A stretch of DNA of 64,000 nucleotides from Turneriella sp. (GTDB taxonomy: Bacteria; Spirochaetota; Leptospiria; Turneriellales; Turneriellaceae): NCBI GenBank assembly GCA_965279515.1, contig CBDIID010000003.1:2816001-2880000 (forward strand). The letters run 5' to 3'. Shown here in pieces: positions 29,132 through 39,335 of the stretch (its first letter is position 1; each line of letters starts with the position of its first letter). Under the pieces are notes generated by a model that saw only the letters and a program-made list of their open reading frames with translations, searched no databases and was not told the origin of the DNA. Position numbers and translations under genes: made by a program.

Positions 29132-29929
29132 TTATGATACGAGATAGAGCAGCGGAAACAGGTAGATCCAGATTAAGTCCACAAGGTGCCAGTAAAGACC
29201 CGAGACTTCGACGGGCGTAAACCAGCCCGGGTGGAACTCCCCGCGGGCACCCTTAATCATCACCCAGATGAGCAATGACAGACCAATAATAATATGTAGC
29301 CCGTGGATACCTGTCATGATAAAGTAAAGAAAGAAGAACATGCTCGCGAAGGCCGGCTTCGACTTGTCTTTGCTGCCGATATTGTGCAGGTTAAACGGGA
29401 CAACTTTGCATTTTTCAAGGGCGACGTCTTCGCCGTGGTGTTTATCAAATGCTTCAGCGCATTTGTTTTCTGCTTTTAGTGCCTGGTAAAGATCGGGAGC
29501 GATGGCTTCTTTCGCCAGCTCGACTTCGTGCACCTTGTGGCTGTATTCAAAATACTTATTCACAAGGAAGCCGATGCCGCAGGCAACAGTAATCGCGAAA
29601 AGCAACATCATCAGGCGGTTATTGCCGCGTTTTACCGCTTCAATACCCCAGGCTACGGTGAACGAGCTAAAGAGAAGAATTACCGTGTTCGCAGTGCCAA
29701 AAGCAACGCTGAGTTCTTTTGCCGAAGCATGGAACGCTGCGCCGTCGCGGTAGTAGGCAATCGCATAGGCGGTGAAGAGAATTGCAAAAAGCAGGATCTC
29801 CGTCGCCAGAAAAAGCCACATGCCGAAACGCGACATGGAGTAGACAAGCGGCCCTGGGTTGCCCCAAAGACTGCCGTCGCGGACTGTACGTCCTTCGTAG
29901 GTGGTGTAACCTGCCTGATTCGAACTCAT
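29132..29929 (-). CDS. ctaE: Cytochrome c oxidase subunit III
   Basis: GMWLFLATEILLF, NTVILLFSSFT, TGIHGLHI, YWHLVDLIW. Confidence 0.93.
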   Translation of the reverse strand: MSSNQAGYTTYEGRTVRDGSLWGNPGPLVYSMSRFGMWLFLATEILLFAILFTAYAIAYYRDGAAFHASAKELSVAFGTANTVILLFSSFTVAWGIEAVKRGNNRLMMLLFAITVACGIGFLVNKYFEYSHKVHEVELAKEAIAPDLYQALKAENKCAEAFDKHHGEDVALEKCKVVPFNLHNIGSKDKSKPAFASMFFFLYFIMTGIHGLHIIIGLSLLIWVMIKGARGEFHPGWFTPVEVSGLYWHLVDLIWIYLFPLLYLVS

Positions 29930-29942
29930 TCGCTTTGCTCCC

Positions 29943-31601
29943 TTATTTCTTTTCCTTAAGTGGAATCCCGTCACGGCCATATTCGTACGGCCATTCTGTA
30001 ATTGTCGGGATTTCGTGGAAGTTATGCTCTGGCATAGGTGATGGAATTTTCCACTCGAGCGTATTGCCGCCCCACGGATTCTGCGGTGCAGGTTTACCTT
30101 TAAAGCAAGACCAGACGATGTTCATCACGGCGATGAAATAACCCAGACCCAGCGCATAGGCGCCGAATGTCGAGATCATATGGTACATGTGGAACATCGG
30201 CTCATAGTCGTAATAGCGGCGCGGCATGCCTTGTGTGCCCATCAGGAACTGTGGGATAAATGTCAGGTTAAAGCCGAGGAATACGAAGATAAAGCTGGCG
30301 ATACCAAATTTTTCATTATACATGCGGCCCGAAAACTTCGGCATCCAGTAGTAGAGCGCCGCCATCAGCGAGATCACCGTACCGCCCTGGATTGTGTAGT
30401 GGAAGTGCGCGATCACGAAGTAGGTATCGTGATAGCTGACATCCACCGCAGGTGCCGCGAGTGGAAGGCCCGTGAGACCGCCGATCGCAAATAAGAATAC
30501 AAACGCCAGTGCATAAAGCATCGGCGTTTTAAGTGAGATCTGCCCGCCGTAGAGGGTGGCAATCCAGTTGAAGACCTTGATCGCCGTGGGAATAGCCACA
30601 AGGTAGGTCAGGAACGAGAAGAAGATCGCCACCGAAGAAGACAGTGTGCTCACAAACAAGTGGTGCGCCCAGACGATAAAGCTCACACCAGCGATCGCCA
30701 GTGATGATAGCGCAATCGCTTTGTAGCCGAAGATCGGCTTGCGTGCAAAGACGGGCAGAATTTCGGAAACCACACCCATCGCCGGGAGAATCATGATATA
30801 TACAACCGGGTGGGAATAGAACCAGAAGAAATGCTGAAACAGTACCGGATCGCCGCCCAATGCCGGGTCAAAAAAGCCGATACCAAAGAAACGTTCCGCG
30901 ATCAGCAGGAACAGCGTGATACCGATGACCGGGGTTGCGAGAACCTGGATTAACGATGTTGAATAGATCGCCCATGCAAAGAGCGGCATGCGGAACCAGG
31001 TCATACCCGGGGCGCGCATTTTGTGGATTGTGACGACGAAGTTCAAACCCGTCAGAATCGATGAAAATCCGAGCGTAAAGGCGCCCAAAGTCATCGTAAT
31101 GACGCTTGAGTTCGACTTCGCGCTGTAAGGCGTGTAGAATGTCCAACCTGTATCGGCAGGGCCACCAAACCAGTTAAACGGGTCGATGAGGCCAACGAGG
31201 ATCGTTGCGATACCAAAGAGGTATACCTGGTAGCTGAAACGGTTGAGCACCGGAAAAGCCACATCGCGTGCGCCGATCATGATCGGCATAAAGATGTTAC
31301 CAAACGAAGCAACAATACCCGGAACAATGAACACGAAGATCATGATCGAACCGTGCAGTGTGAAGAATACGTTGTAGGTCTTTTCGTCGATAAAGGTTCT
31401 GCCTGGGAAGAGGAGCTCCGTGCGGAGCAGCATCGCGAAGGCGCCGCCCACGAGGAATGCCAACAGGCCTGTGAACAGGTAAAGGAGGCCGATGCGTTTA
31501 TGGTCAACGCTTGAGAGCCATGACCAGATACCTTTTTTGCTTAAATAATTCTCATGATGATCATGGTGCGCGTGATCTGCTGTATGTGCTATGGATGACA
31601 T
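29943..31601 (-). CDS. ctaD: Cytochrome c oxidase subunit I
   Basis: [38 protein letters not shown]. Confidence 0.97.
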   Translation of the reverse strand: MSSIAHTADHAHHDHHENYLSKKGIWSWLSSVDHKRIGLLYLFTGLLAFLVGGAFAMLLRTELLFPGRTFIDEKTYNVFFTLHGSIMIFVFIVPGIVASFGNIFMPIMIGARDVAFPVLNRFSYQVYLFGIATILVGLIDPFNWFGGPADTGWTFYTPYSAKSNSSVITMTLGAFTLGFSSILTGLNFVVTIHKMRAPGMTWFRMPLFAWAIYSTSLIQVLATPVIGITLFLLIAERFFGIGFFDPALGGDPVLFQHFFWFYSHPVVYIMILPAMGVVSEILPVFARKPIFGYKAIALSSLAIAGVSFIVWAHHLFVSTLSSSVAIFFSFLTYLVAIPTAIKVFNWIATLYGGQISLKTPMLYALAFVFLFAIGGLTGLPLAAPAVDVSYHDTYFVIAHFHYTIQGGTVISLMAALYYWMPKFSGRMYNEKFGIASFIFVFLGFNLTFIPQFLMGTQGMPRRYYDYEPMFHMYHMISTFGAYALGLGYFIAVMNIVWSCFKGKPAPQNPWGGNTLEWKIPSPMPEHNFHEIPTITEWPYEYGRDGIPLKEKK

Positions 31602-31610
31602 CGTTTCCTC

Positions 31611-32699
31611 CTATTTTAATGACTTGATAAATGCGATGAGATACTTCGTCTCGTCTTCTTCTACCGGCATCGGTGGCATTGCAGCAAAACCTTTGACGAC
31701 TTTGACGCTGGGTTTCAGCATCGATTCCTTGAGGTAGGCCTCATCGACTTTAATCGGGCCTGTGGTCAGGGTTTCAGTCTTACCGAACAGACCTTTGAAC
31801 GAAGGCGCCGCGCGCGGTGAACCATCGATCGAGTGGCAGGCTGTGCAACCTTTAGTGTTATAGAGTTCTTTACCTTTTGCGGCCAGCGCGGTTTCATCTA
31901 CCGGTCCGCCTGCAGATTCTTTCGCCATGTCGTCGGTGATTTTCTGGAGTGAGGCTAACTTCCACTTTTCGAAATCCGCCGGCTCCATGACGCGCACTTT
32001 GCCGAGCATGCCCGAGTGCTTATCGCCGCAATATTCATTACAAGTGATAACAAATTCACCAACTACAGTCGGCTCAAACCAAAGGCGTGAAGTCAGGCCT
32101 GGCACAACGTCTTGTTTTACGTAGAAGGACGGGATAGTAAAGCTGTGGATAACATCCGTAGATGTCATCTGCATGACGTACTTGCGGCCCTTCGCCACAA
32201 CGAATTCAGTCTGGGTCTTCTGCGCTTCATCTTGCAGGCGCTTAGGGTTTTCCGGGGTAGGATTGACGTTGACCGAAGAGAGTTTGATGCACTTTTCAGA
32301 GTTGGTTTTAGGATTTTTGACGCAATATGGGTACTTAACATCCCATGCCCATTGGCGCGCCGTCAGCTGGATAATTTCGCCGTCTTTTGGCATCGAGCGC
32401 AGTTTCACGAACGAAACGACACCGTAGTAGAAAATGACGCCCAGAATGATCGTGGGCAGCACTGTCCAGATGATTTCGGCTGTTGTGTGGTGCGTTAAAT
32501 AGAGTGTCTGGCGATCGGGTTCGCCCTTGCGGCGACGGTACCGGATCACGAGGTAAATCAATACCCCTTCGACCAGAATAAAGGCCACCAGGCTGATACC
32601 ATTAATCAGGTCCGCGGCAAATTTTACTTCCGCCGCAACGCTGGATGCCGTGGGCGCATGAGTAATAAAACCCATCACTGTGTTGAAAAAACTCGTCAT
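31611..32699 (-). CDS. ctaC: Cytochrome c oxidase subunit II with fused cytochrome c
   Basis: QWAW, DVIHSF, CNEYCG..HSGM (CuA); C-terminal CTACH heme c motif. Confidence 0.95.
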   Translation of the reverse strand: MTSFFNTVMGFITHAPTASSVAAEVKFAADLINGISLVAFILVEGVLIYLVIRYRRRKGEPDRQTLYLTHHTTAEIIWTVLPTIILGVIFYYGVVSFVKLRSMPKDGEIIQLTARQWAWDVKYPYCVKNPKTNSEKCIKLSSVNVNPTPENPKRLQDEAQKTQTEFVVAKGRKYVMQMTSTDVIHSFTIPSFYVKQDVVPGLTSRLWFEPTVVGEFVITCNEYCGDKHSGMLGKVRVMEPADFEKWKLASLQKITDDMAKESAGGPVDETALAAKGKELYNTKGCTACHSIDGSPRAAPSFKGLFGKTETLTTGPIKVDEAYLKESMLKPSVKVVKGFAAMPPMPVEEDETKYLIAFIKSLK

Positions 32700-32738
32700 T
32701 CCGTTCCCCTCATTCGTGAACTATGGTGCTCAGCACCG

Positions 32739-33590
32739 TTATAGAGCGCGTTTGCGTTTCTCTCGTATCCACAGCACCGCCAGGAAGGCAATCACCAGAA
32801 TTCCGGTGAGAATTCCCCCCAGACGCATGACGCGCCAAGCCACCAAACTGTATTTTCGCTTCACCGGGTCAAAACTATAACAAGTCAGCATCAGGCGATC
32901 GCTCATCGTCTGCGAAATCTTGCCATCCGCGGCCTCGAGCAGCGCCATGCGGAAGTCGGTTTCATTGTGTTCAACCCCATAAAGATAACGTGAAACTTTG
33001 AAATCCGGGGTCGTGACAACCAGCACCGCCGGATGGACATACTCTGCATCGGTCTTTTTCGGGTTGGTCGAGGTCTCTTTGAGATACTTGAAACCAATGG
33101 CTTTTGACATGGCAGCAATGTTTTCAACAGAACCGGTGAAAAAACGCCAGTAAAATGTGTATTCCGGCAGATTCTGGTCGGTGACTGCGGTTAACCGCCG
33201 CAGGTAGTTGGCCTGTTTCATCTTGGCGAGCTCGGGTTTTTCATCGGGATGGAAGCTATAGGCAAGAACGATGTATTCCTTGCCGATTTTAAAGCGTGTC
33301 TCTTTTTCGATGGCCTGCAGAAGCCCGTTGAGGGTCAGTGTGCAGAGGTGGGGACAATTATAATAAACCGGCGCGATAATCACCGGACGGCGGCCATCGC
33401 CCAGCGATGACAGTTTCACGACCTTGCCGGTTTCGTCGGTGAGGCTCAGGCCTGAAAGATCACCGGCGAGTTTTTCTTCAACCGTGACTTCAAGCGGGGG
33501 TGGTGTTTTCGCAATCGTATCATCGGCAGGCGGATGGTCCGCCCATACGGGTATGAGACCCAAAACAAGTACCACGAGATACCGGCGCAT
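32739..33590 (-). CDS. SCO family copper chaperone
   Basis: VYYNCPHLC, SFHP.E, Y.HPA, SRYLYG; first gene of the cox operon. Confidence 0.9.
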   Translation of the reverse strand: MRRYLVVLVLGLIPVWADHPPADDTIAKTPPPLEVTVEEKLAGDLSGLSLTDETGKVVKLSSLGDGRRPVIIAPVYYNCPHLCTLTLNGLLQAIEKETRFKIGKEYIVLAYSFHPDEKPELAKMKQANYLRRLTAVTDQNLPEYTFYWRFFTGSVENIAAMSKAIGFKYLKETSTNPKKTDAEYVHPAVLVVTTPDFKVSRYLYGVEHNETDFRMALLEAADGKISQTMSDRLMLTCYSFDPVKRKYSLVAWRVMRLGGILTGILVIAFLAVLWIREKRKRAL

Positions 33591-33620
33591 ACCGGCAGAT
33601 CGCGATTGCGATTCACTCCG

Positions 33621-34595
33621 TCACACCTTTCGCCGGGTTTCTCTGAAAAAGGCCAGGATGCGGTTTTCCATATACGACTCGCGGAAATTATGTGAAAGCA
33701 GCATAGCGCAGTGGCCGCCGCGGTCGGGCATTTCGAGGAAAAAGTTTCCTGACGTTTTGGCAATATCGGTGGGATAACACTCGGGGCTCAGAAAGGTATC
33801 GTCTTTGGGGTTGAGTAGTAAGAACGGTATGCAGATGTCTTTCAGCACAGGCAAGGCGCTGCTCTCGCTGTAATAGACTTTTTCATCGGCAAAGCCGTTC
33901 CAGGGCGCGGTATAACGGGCATCGAGTTGGGCGAGAGTTTTGACTTCGCGGTCATAGGTTTTGACATCGATGTAGATCCCCCTTTTGGTGCGTTTGGATT
34001 CGAATTTCTTTTTAAAGTCGCGTAGAAAGCGTTTGAGATAGATGCGGTTGCGGAACGCTTCGATGACTTTTTGTGAAGCGGCAAGATCGATAGGCGCTGA
34101 CACGGCGACTGCCGCCTTCACCGACGCGTGGAGATTTTTTCCCTTGCGGCCCAGGTAAACCAGAGTGAGGTTTCCCCCCAGGCTAAAACCGCTGAGGTAA
34201 ATTTCACGGAAACCTTGCCGGAGTGCATGTTTCACCACAGCGTCGAGATCTTCAGACTTACCACTGTGATAAAAATGCAGCTTACGGTTGATGTCGCCTG
34301 AACAACCGCGCATATTCCATGCGACGGCGGAATACCCCTGCGCATTGGCCTGGCTCACCGTATGCAGTATATACTTACTCTGGCTCGAACCCTCCATGCC
34401 ATGCGTGAGTATCAGCAGTTTTTTTGAATCTGTCACCGACCAGTCGAGATCGACGAAATCACCGTCGGCAAGTTCGAGCCGTTCTCGGATATAGGGAATT
34501 TTCGGTCTGTGCCGCAGGGTGGCACATGAAATGGTGTGTAAATGCGGGTTCCTCAAAAACCTCGGGATCTTGTATGTCGATTCAATGACAGGCAT
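33621..34595 (-). CDS. YheT-like alpha/beta hydrolase
   Basis: N.HLHTI, HGMEGSS, GFSLGG, GGHC. Confidence 0.9.
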   Translation of the reverse strand: MPVIESTYKIPRFLRNPHLHTISCATLRHRPKIPYIRERLELADGDFVDLDWSVTDSKKLLILTHGMEGSSQSKYILHTVSQANAQGYSAVAWNMRGCSGDINRKLHFYHSGKSEDLDAVVKHALRQGFREIYLSGFSLGGNLTLVYLGRKGKNLHASVKAAVAVSAPIDLAASQKVIEAFRNRIYLKRFLRDFKKKFESKRTKRGIYIDVKTYDREVKTLAQLDARYTAPWNGFADEKVYYSESSALPVLKDICIPFLLLNPKDDTFLSPECYPTDIAKTSGNFFLEMPDRGGHCAMLLSHNFRESYMENRILAFFRETRRKV

Positions 34596-34853
34596 ATTAT
34601 CTTAGTCTATATAATAATCCTTATTTATATTAATACTAATAACGGCGTGGAAATGTGGAAAGCTTTAAAATCCCGTATTTTAAAGGCTAAGCAGGGCAAA
34701 CAGAAAAACTTAAATCCGCCTCTGACCACAAAACGGCAGCCGACGGAAAAAGGGGAAACCAAAATGAGAACAAATGTGGAAAGATTTAACAGGCCGCTGA
34801 CCTCCCTTTCAAAAGTGCTTTCCGGCTTGCCTAAGATTACCCGCGCTGATCGC

Positions 34854-35876
34854 ATGAAAAGATTAGCTACGCTATTTATCGTTTTAGCCGCCATTTCAAC
34901 AACCACCCTTTGCGGCGGTGGCCCGAACGAACCCCTTGCCACCTTTGACGGCGGCAGCGTCACGCAAAAAGACGTTGAAAAAAACAACGAACAAGAGTTC
35001 TTTGAGATAAAGCAAAAAGAATTCCAGATCAAACAACAGGCTGCCTTTGAGACAGCGCGCGAACGCATCTTTGAAGCGGAAGCCAAAAAACGCGGTATGG
35101 ATGTGAATAAGTTTGTGGAAACCGAAATGTCCAAACGCCGCGGCCAGATCACCGAAGAGGGTATCCGCCAGTTTTATGAAACCAATAAAACCCGTATCAA
35201 CCAGCCATTCGCCCTGGTGAAAGACCGTATCCGCCAGCAGCTGATCAATAACCAGGAAAAAGGCGCCCGTGACTCACTGACTTCCGAACTTTTTAAGCAG
35301 TATAACTTCAAATTTAATCTTAAAGAGCCGCAGGCGCCGACACTGACGCTGGTAAATGACGGCAAACCGTTCTGGGGCAAGGCCGATGCAAAAGTTGTCA
35401 TCACCGAATTTTCAGACTTTGAATGCCCGTATTGCCGCCAGATGCAACCCGACGTGCAGCGCCTGAAGGCAGAATATGCAGGTAAGATAAAATGGGTTTT
35501 CCGCAACTTTCCACTCGATTTCCACGCACAGGCAATGCCGACGCATATCGCGGCGTCTTGCTCGGGTAAACAAGGCAAGTATTTCGAATTTCAGACACGT
35601 GTCTTTGCTATCCCCTACAATGGCCGCCAGCTCGATATGTCTGCAGCACAGCTGAAGAACGTCGCACAAGGCATTGGCCTGAACATGCCAGCGTATGAGC
35701 AGTGTTTTGCCGATAAAGAAGGCCGCGAGCGAGCTGAAATCGAAGCCGATATGCGTTACGGCCAAAAGGTGGGCGTGCGCGGTACACCGACCATCTATAT
35801 CAATGGCGTACTCTACCAGCAAGAACGCTCGTATGAGGCGATGAAAGATGCCATTGATAAACTGTTGAACTCTTGA
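34854..35876 (+). CDS. DsbA/thioredoxin-family lipoprotein with SurA-like N-terminal helical region
   Basis: Signal peptide ending TLC; EFSDFECPYC, FRNFPL.FH, GVRGTPT. Confidence 0.88.
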   Translation: MKRLATLFIVLAAISTTTLCGGGPNEPLATFDGGSVTQKDVEKNNEQEFFEIKQKEFQIKQQAAFETARERIFEAEAKKRGMDVNKFVETEMSKRRGQITEEGIRQFYETNKTRINQPFALVKDRIRQQLINNQEKGARDSLTSELFKQYNFKFNLKEPQAPTLTLVNDGKPFWGKADAKVVITEFSDFECPYCRQMQPDVQRLKAEYAGKIKWVFRNFPLDFHAQAMPTHIAASCSGKQGKYFEFQTRVFAIPYNGRQLDMSAAQLKNVAQGIGLNMPAYEQCFADKEGRERAEIEADMRYGQKVGVRGTPTIYINGVLYQQERSYEAMKDAIDKLLNS

Positions 35877-36658
35877 CCGTCACCGTTCTGGGCAGCGGCA
35901 CCTCAACCGGGGTGCCGGTAGTCGCCTGCGCATGCAAAGTCTGTACCTCACCAGAACCTGAAAACCACCGCCTGCGCGCATCGCTGCTGCTGCATGGTAC
36001 CGCGCCCGTTCTCATCGATACGGGCCCAGACCTCAGGCAACAGATGTTGCGCACCAAGGTCGAAAATTTAGCCGGCGTTTTATACACACATTTCCACTAC
36101 GATCATCTCGCAGGCCTCGACGACCTGAAACCATTTACCTTCGAGCGTGAGGGAGAACTTACCTGCTACGCCAATATCCAGACGCATGAAAATATCGTGA
36201 GCAAGTATCCCTACCTGCGCGATAAAAACCCGTATACGACTATTCCGCGTTTGAATGTCGAGATGCTGCCGGGTAACGAACAGGACGGTTACCGCCAGTT
36301 TGAAATGGCTGGCCTGAAGATACAGCCGATACGGTTGGTGCATATTCCCAAGGCTGGGGTACTCAGCACGGGGTATGTGGTGAATGGTGCATTCGGATAT
36401 CTCACGGATTTCAAGGAGATCCATCCGGATGATGAAAAATACCTCTTTAATCTCAGGGCGCTCTACCTGGGGTCACCGCTCGACCGCCTGCATGTTTCGC
36501 ACATCAGCCATAGCGAAGGCCTTGACCTGATACAGAAATTCAAACCCGGGCAGGGTTATATCGGCCACCTGTCGCACCAATACCTGCATACCGAGCTCAA
36601 GGCCAAATGGGCGGGGATTGCCCTGCCAGCCTACGACGGCCTCGAAATCAAATTTTAA
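35873..36658 (+). CDS. PhnP-like metallo-beta-lactamase-fold hydrolase
   Basis: LGSGTSTGVP...C.C.VC, IDTGPD.R.Q, THFHYDH..GLDD. Confidence 0.9.
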   Translation: MTVTVLGSGTSTGVPVVACACKVCTSPEPENHRLRASLLLHGTAPVLIDTGPDLRQQMLRTKVENLAGVLYTHFHYDHLAGLDDLKPFTFEREGELTCYANIQTHENIVSKYPYLRDKNPYTTIPRLNVEMLPGNEQDGYRQFEMAGLKIQPIRLVHIPKAGVLSTGYVVNGAFGYLTDFKEIHPDDEKYLFNLRALYLGSPLDRLHVSHISHSEGLDLIQKFKPGQGYIGHLSHQYLHTELKAKWAGIALPAYDGLEIKF

Positions 36659-37508
36659 AACGAAATTTTTGTACGTTCTTTTGCGCCGCGACAGAGGCGG
36701 CGATCTCACCCGTACTCATGCAGATTCCCTGGCCTGCCGCTTCTTTTTCCATTAAGGCGTCGAGACCCAGGTGACGATCACGCAGCAGCGGCAAAGAAAT
36801 GCGGATGGATTGCGGTGAGTTGGCGGCGATGGCGTTTGCACAATCATCAACGGCTGCGGCAATTTCGGCTGGCGAGCCGACCTGGTTGAACAGAGACGCG
36901 AGGCGGGGTTCCGAGGCCGAATAGATCTTTCCCGTGAGCAGCATCTCGCGGATCAGCGGCGAATTCTCCCCCTGTGCCCAGAACTCCGCAGCCATGCCGG
37001 GGTTGAGACCGATGCGCACAAAGTTCATCCCCACCTTCGCGCCCGAGGTAACAAAGCGCATATCGCAGGCGAGAGCCAGGCAAAAGCCGGCGCCGACACA
37101 GGGGCCGTTGATCTGGGCTATGGTCGGTAAGGGCAGGGTGAATAGGGTAAGATAGGATTTATAGAATTTCAGCATCGCTGCCGAGGATTCTTCTTTAGGA
37201 AGCTTCGTCAGCTGAATCAGGTACTCGAGATCGCCACCAGCGGAAAATGCCCGGCCGCGTCCGGAGAAAATTACCACGCGCGCCGCAGAAGCCTGAATGA
37301 TGCCTGCAAGTTCGACACAGCCTGCGGCCATTGTCGTGTTCAAGGCATTGAGTTGATCGGGGTTATTGAGTTCTACGCGGCAAACACCGGACTCGTCCAG
37401 TGTGGCAAAGAGTTGGTTTTGATCGTAAAGGGTTAACCCCTCCCCTCCCCCTCCCCTAATAGGGGAGGGGTTTTGGGGTGGGGTCTTGTGTGGTGAAGCT
37501 GCACTCAT
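36648..37508 (-). CDS. Enoyl-CoA hydratase/isomerase with a repeat-derived N-terminal peptide
   Basis: LNNP..LNAL, AFSAGGDL, PTIAQINGPCVGAG..LALACD.R; ATG overlaps the upstream stop (ATGA). Confidence 0.9.
   Translation of the reverse strand: MSAASPHKTPPQNPSPIRGGGGEGLTLYDQNQLFATLDESGVCRVELNNPDQLNALNTTMAAGCVELAGIIQASAARVVIFSGRGRAFSAGGDLEYLIQLTKLPKEESSAAMLKFYKSYLTLFTLPLPTIAQINGPCVGAGFCLALACDMRFVTSGAKVGMNFVRIGLNPGMAAEFWAQGENSPLIREMLLTGKIYSASEPRLASLFNQVGSPAEIAAAVDDCANAIAANSPQSIRISLPLLRDRHLGLDALMEKEAAGQGICMSTGEIAASVAAQKNVQKFRFKI
37430..37485. repeat. C-rich/G-rich palindromic (REP-like) element, in frame inside the enoyl-CoA hydratase gene
   Basis: CCCCTCCCCTA-A-TAGGGGAGGGG core followed by TTTTGGGGTGGGGTC. 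Confidence 0.75.
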
Positions 37509-38335
37509 AATGGCATCGTGAGAGGGAGTCTTACGGAGTGCTTCAACCCGACCTCATCCGCAATTGCCAGAACCTTCTCCGTCGCAATATTGCCCTTCGC
37601 CCCGGGCGAAAACGGGCAGCCACCGATGCCGCCCGCTGAAGAATCAAATTTCACAAATCCCTGCTCCATGCAGTAACGCGCGTTTTCGCCCGCGAGCTGA
37701 AAGGTATCATGAAAGTGCCACCAGAGTTTCTCGCGGAAGGGTGCTAGTAATCCGGAAGCTAAAAGTTCCTGAATCTGCACTTTCGTTGCGCGGCCCGTTG
37801 TATCGCCCAGCGAGATCTCATCGACGCTCTCGAAGAGCGGCAGAAACAATTTGAGATCTTCTACCGGGTGCATCGTGCCCTGGTATGCGCAGTCGAAGAC
37901 GGTCGACACATAAAGGCGGATGACCATCTGTGCGCCGCGTGCGGCGGCGATGAGAAAGCCCAGCTCGGCGATCGATTCCTGGACACCGCGGTTGATATTC
38001 TTCTTGTTGAATGTTTCCGAAGTCGCCGAAAACAAAGCGACCGATTTGCAGCCAATTTCGACTGCACGGTCGAGCCCGCGCTGGTTAGGGACGAGAAGGG
38101 AAATCTGGTTTTTCAGCTGTGGATATTTTTTAAGAACTTCGCTGAAGACCTGGTCGGAGTCGACCATCGTCGGCACTAGTTTGGGGTTCACAAGCGAACC
38201 GACTTCGATTTTCGTGAGACCGCAGGCGATTAATCTTTCGACAAAGGCAATGCGTTCTGCGACGCTCAGTACCTGTGACGCCGATTGCAAACCGTCGCGC
38301 GGGGCAACTTCACAGATTTCGAGAAGTTTATCCAT
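37505..38335 (-). CDS. Hydroxymethylglutaryl-CoA lyase
   Basis: EVAPRDGLQ, SLGDTTG, HFHDT, GGIGGCPFSPGAKGNIATE. Confidence 0.92.
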   Translation of the reverse strand: MDKLLEICEVAPRDGLQSASQVLSVAERIAFVERLIACGLTKIEVGSLVNPKLVPTMVDSDQVFSEVLKKYPQLKNQISLLVPNQRGLDRAVEIGCKSVALFSATSETFNKKNINRGVQESIAELGFLIAAARGAQMVIRLYVSTVFDCAYQGTMHPVEDLKLFLPLFESVDEISLGDTTGRATKVQIQELLASGLLAPFREKLWWHFHDTFQLAGENARYCMEQGFVKFDSSAGGIGGCPFSPGAKGNIATEKVLAIADEVGLKHSVRLPLTMPL

Positions 38336-39284
38336 TGGTTGGTTTTGCTCCCTTTTTGCGCGCCCGCTGGGCAGCAAAGGCGATGCCCTGTGCGTTGAGA
38401 TCAATGTCCATGCCGAGTATACCCTGCTCTTCTTTAGAAAGGTGAATGCCGCGTTCGGTTAATTCGCGGTTGAAGAATTTTTGAAAACCGGCGAAGGCAA
38501 ATTTATAGGCGTCATCACCGGTAAGTTCCCCATCCCTGAGTGGAGTAAAGATAGCTTCGATTTCATCGAGCGCCGTGGTGAGCATGCGGTGTCCGCCTGC
38601 CATGTCGGTCCATGCGCCGAAGTGCGTGGGGTAGGCACGCGCCGCTCCCGTGGCCAGTATCTTATCATAGCTGATGCGCGCTTCCGCCGCATCGAAATCT
38701 GTCGGCGAAGTGCTTGGGAAAAGAAAGGCATGTGAGCCGTGCTGTAGTAGCGGGTAGGCGATGCCAAAGGAGTCGCCGGTAAAAATGCTTTGGGACTTCT
38801 TATCGAGAATGACAAAATGGTGGTTGGCATGCCCGCGCGTATAGATGAATTCGAGATCCCGGTCGCCGATGTGCATCACTTCCCCATCGGCGGGAATGTA
38901 CACCCGGCTCTCGGGTACCGGCAAGATTTCACCGTAGAGTTTGTGAAACTTTTCGGCGCCATAGACAGAACAGGCGCTTTCCACCAGCCGTGTGGGATCG
39001 ATGACATGCGGCGCAGCGCGGGGGTGCGCAACGACGACAGCATTGGGGCAGTGTGAAAGCAAAAGGCCTGTTGCGCCGGCATGGTCGAGGTGCACATGGG
39101 TGATGATGATGTGCGAAACGTCTTCGGGCTTATAATTATTCTCTTTGAGTGCGGCGAGTAATGCCGGTACGGCGTAATTGGTGTTGTTGTCTATAAAGCA
39201 GGCTTTGTCACCTGCGCGCAGCAGGTATGCCGCCGCCACCTGCGGCAGAACATAATTGCAGTCGATCGTGACGATGTCCGTCAT
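38328..39284 (-). CDS. MBL-fold metallo-hydrolase
   Basis: THVHLDHAG, GHANHH, FTGD, PTHFG. Confidence 0.9.
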   Translation of the reverse strand: MTDIVTIDCNYVLPQVAAAYLLRAGDKACFIDNNTNYAVPALLAALKENNYKPEDVSHIIITHVHLDHAGATGLLLSHCPNAVVVAHPRAAPHVIDPTRLVESACSVYGAEKFHKLYGEILPVPESRVYIPADGEVMHIGDRDLEFIYTRGHANHHFVILDKKSQSIFTGDSFGIAYPLLQHGSHAFLFPSTSPTDFDAAEARISYDKILATGAARAYPTHFGAWTDMAGGHRMLTTALDEIEAIFTPLRDGELTGDDAYKFAFAGFQKFFNRELTERGIHLSKEEQGILGMDIDLNAQGIAFAAQRARKKGAKPTNG

Positions 39285-39292
39285 CTGGGGTC

Positions 39293-39331
39293 GTTATTAT
39301 ATATTTGCGCGCAGCGCAAATATATAATAAC
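39293..39331. repeat. Perfect 18-bp inverted repeat (terminator or operator)
   Basis: GTTATTATATATTTGCGC-GCA-GCGCAAATATATAATAAC. Confidence 0.8.
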
Positions 39332-39335
39332 ATTT

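Noticed and set aside
34690..34760. GCAGGGCAAAC resembling the start of a c-di-GMP-I riboswitch
   Set aside because: The following GNRA-capped stem and GACGCAAAGC segment are absent
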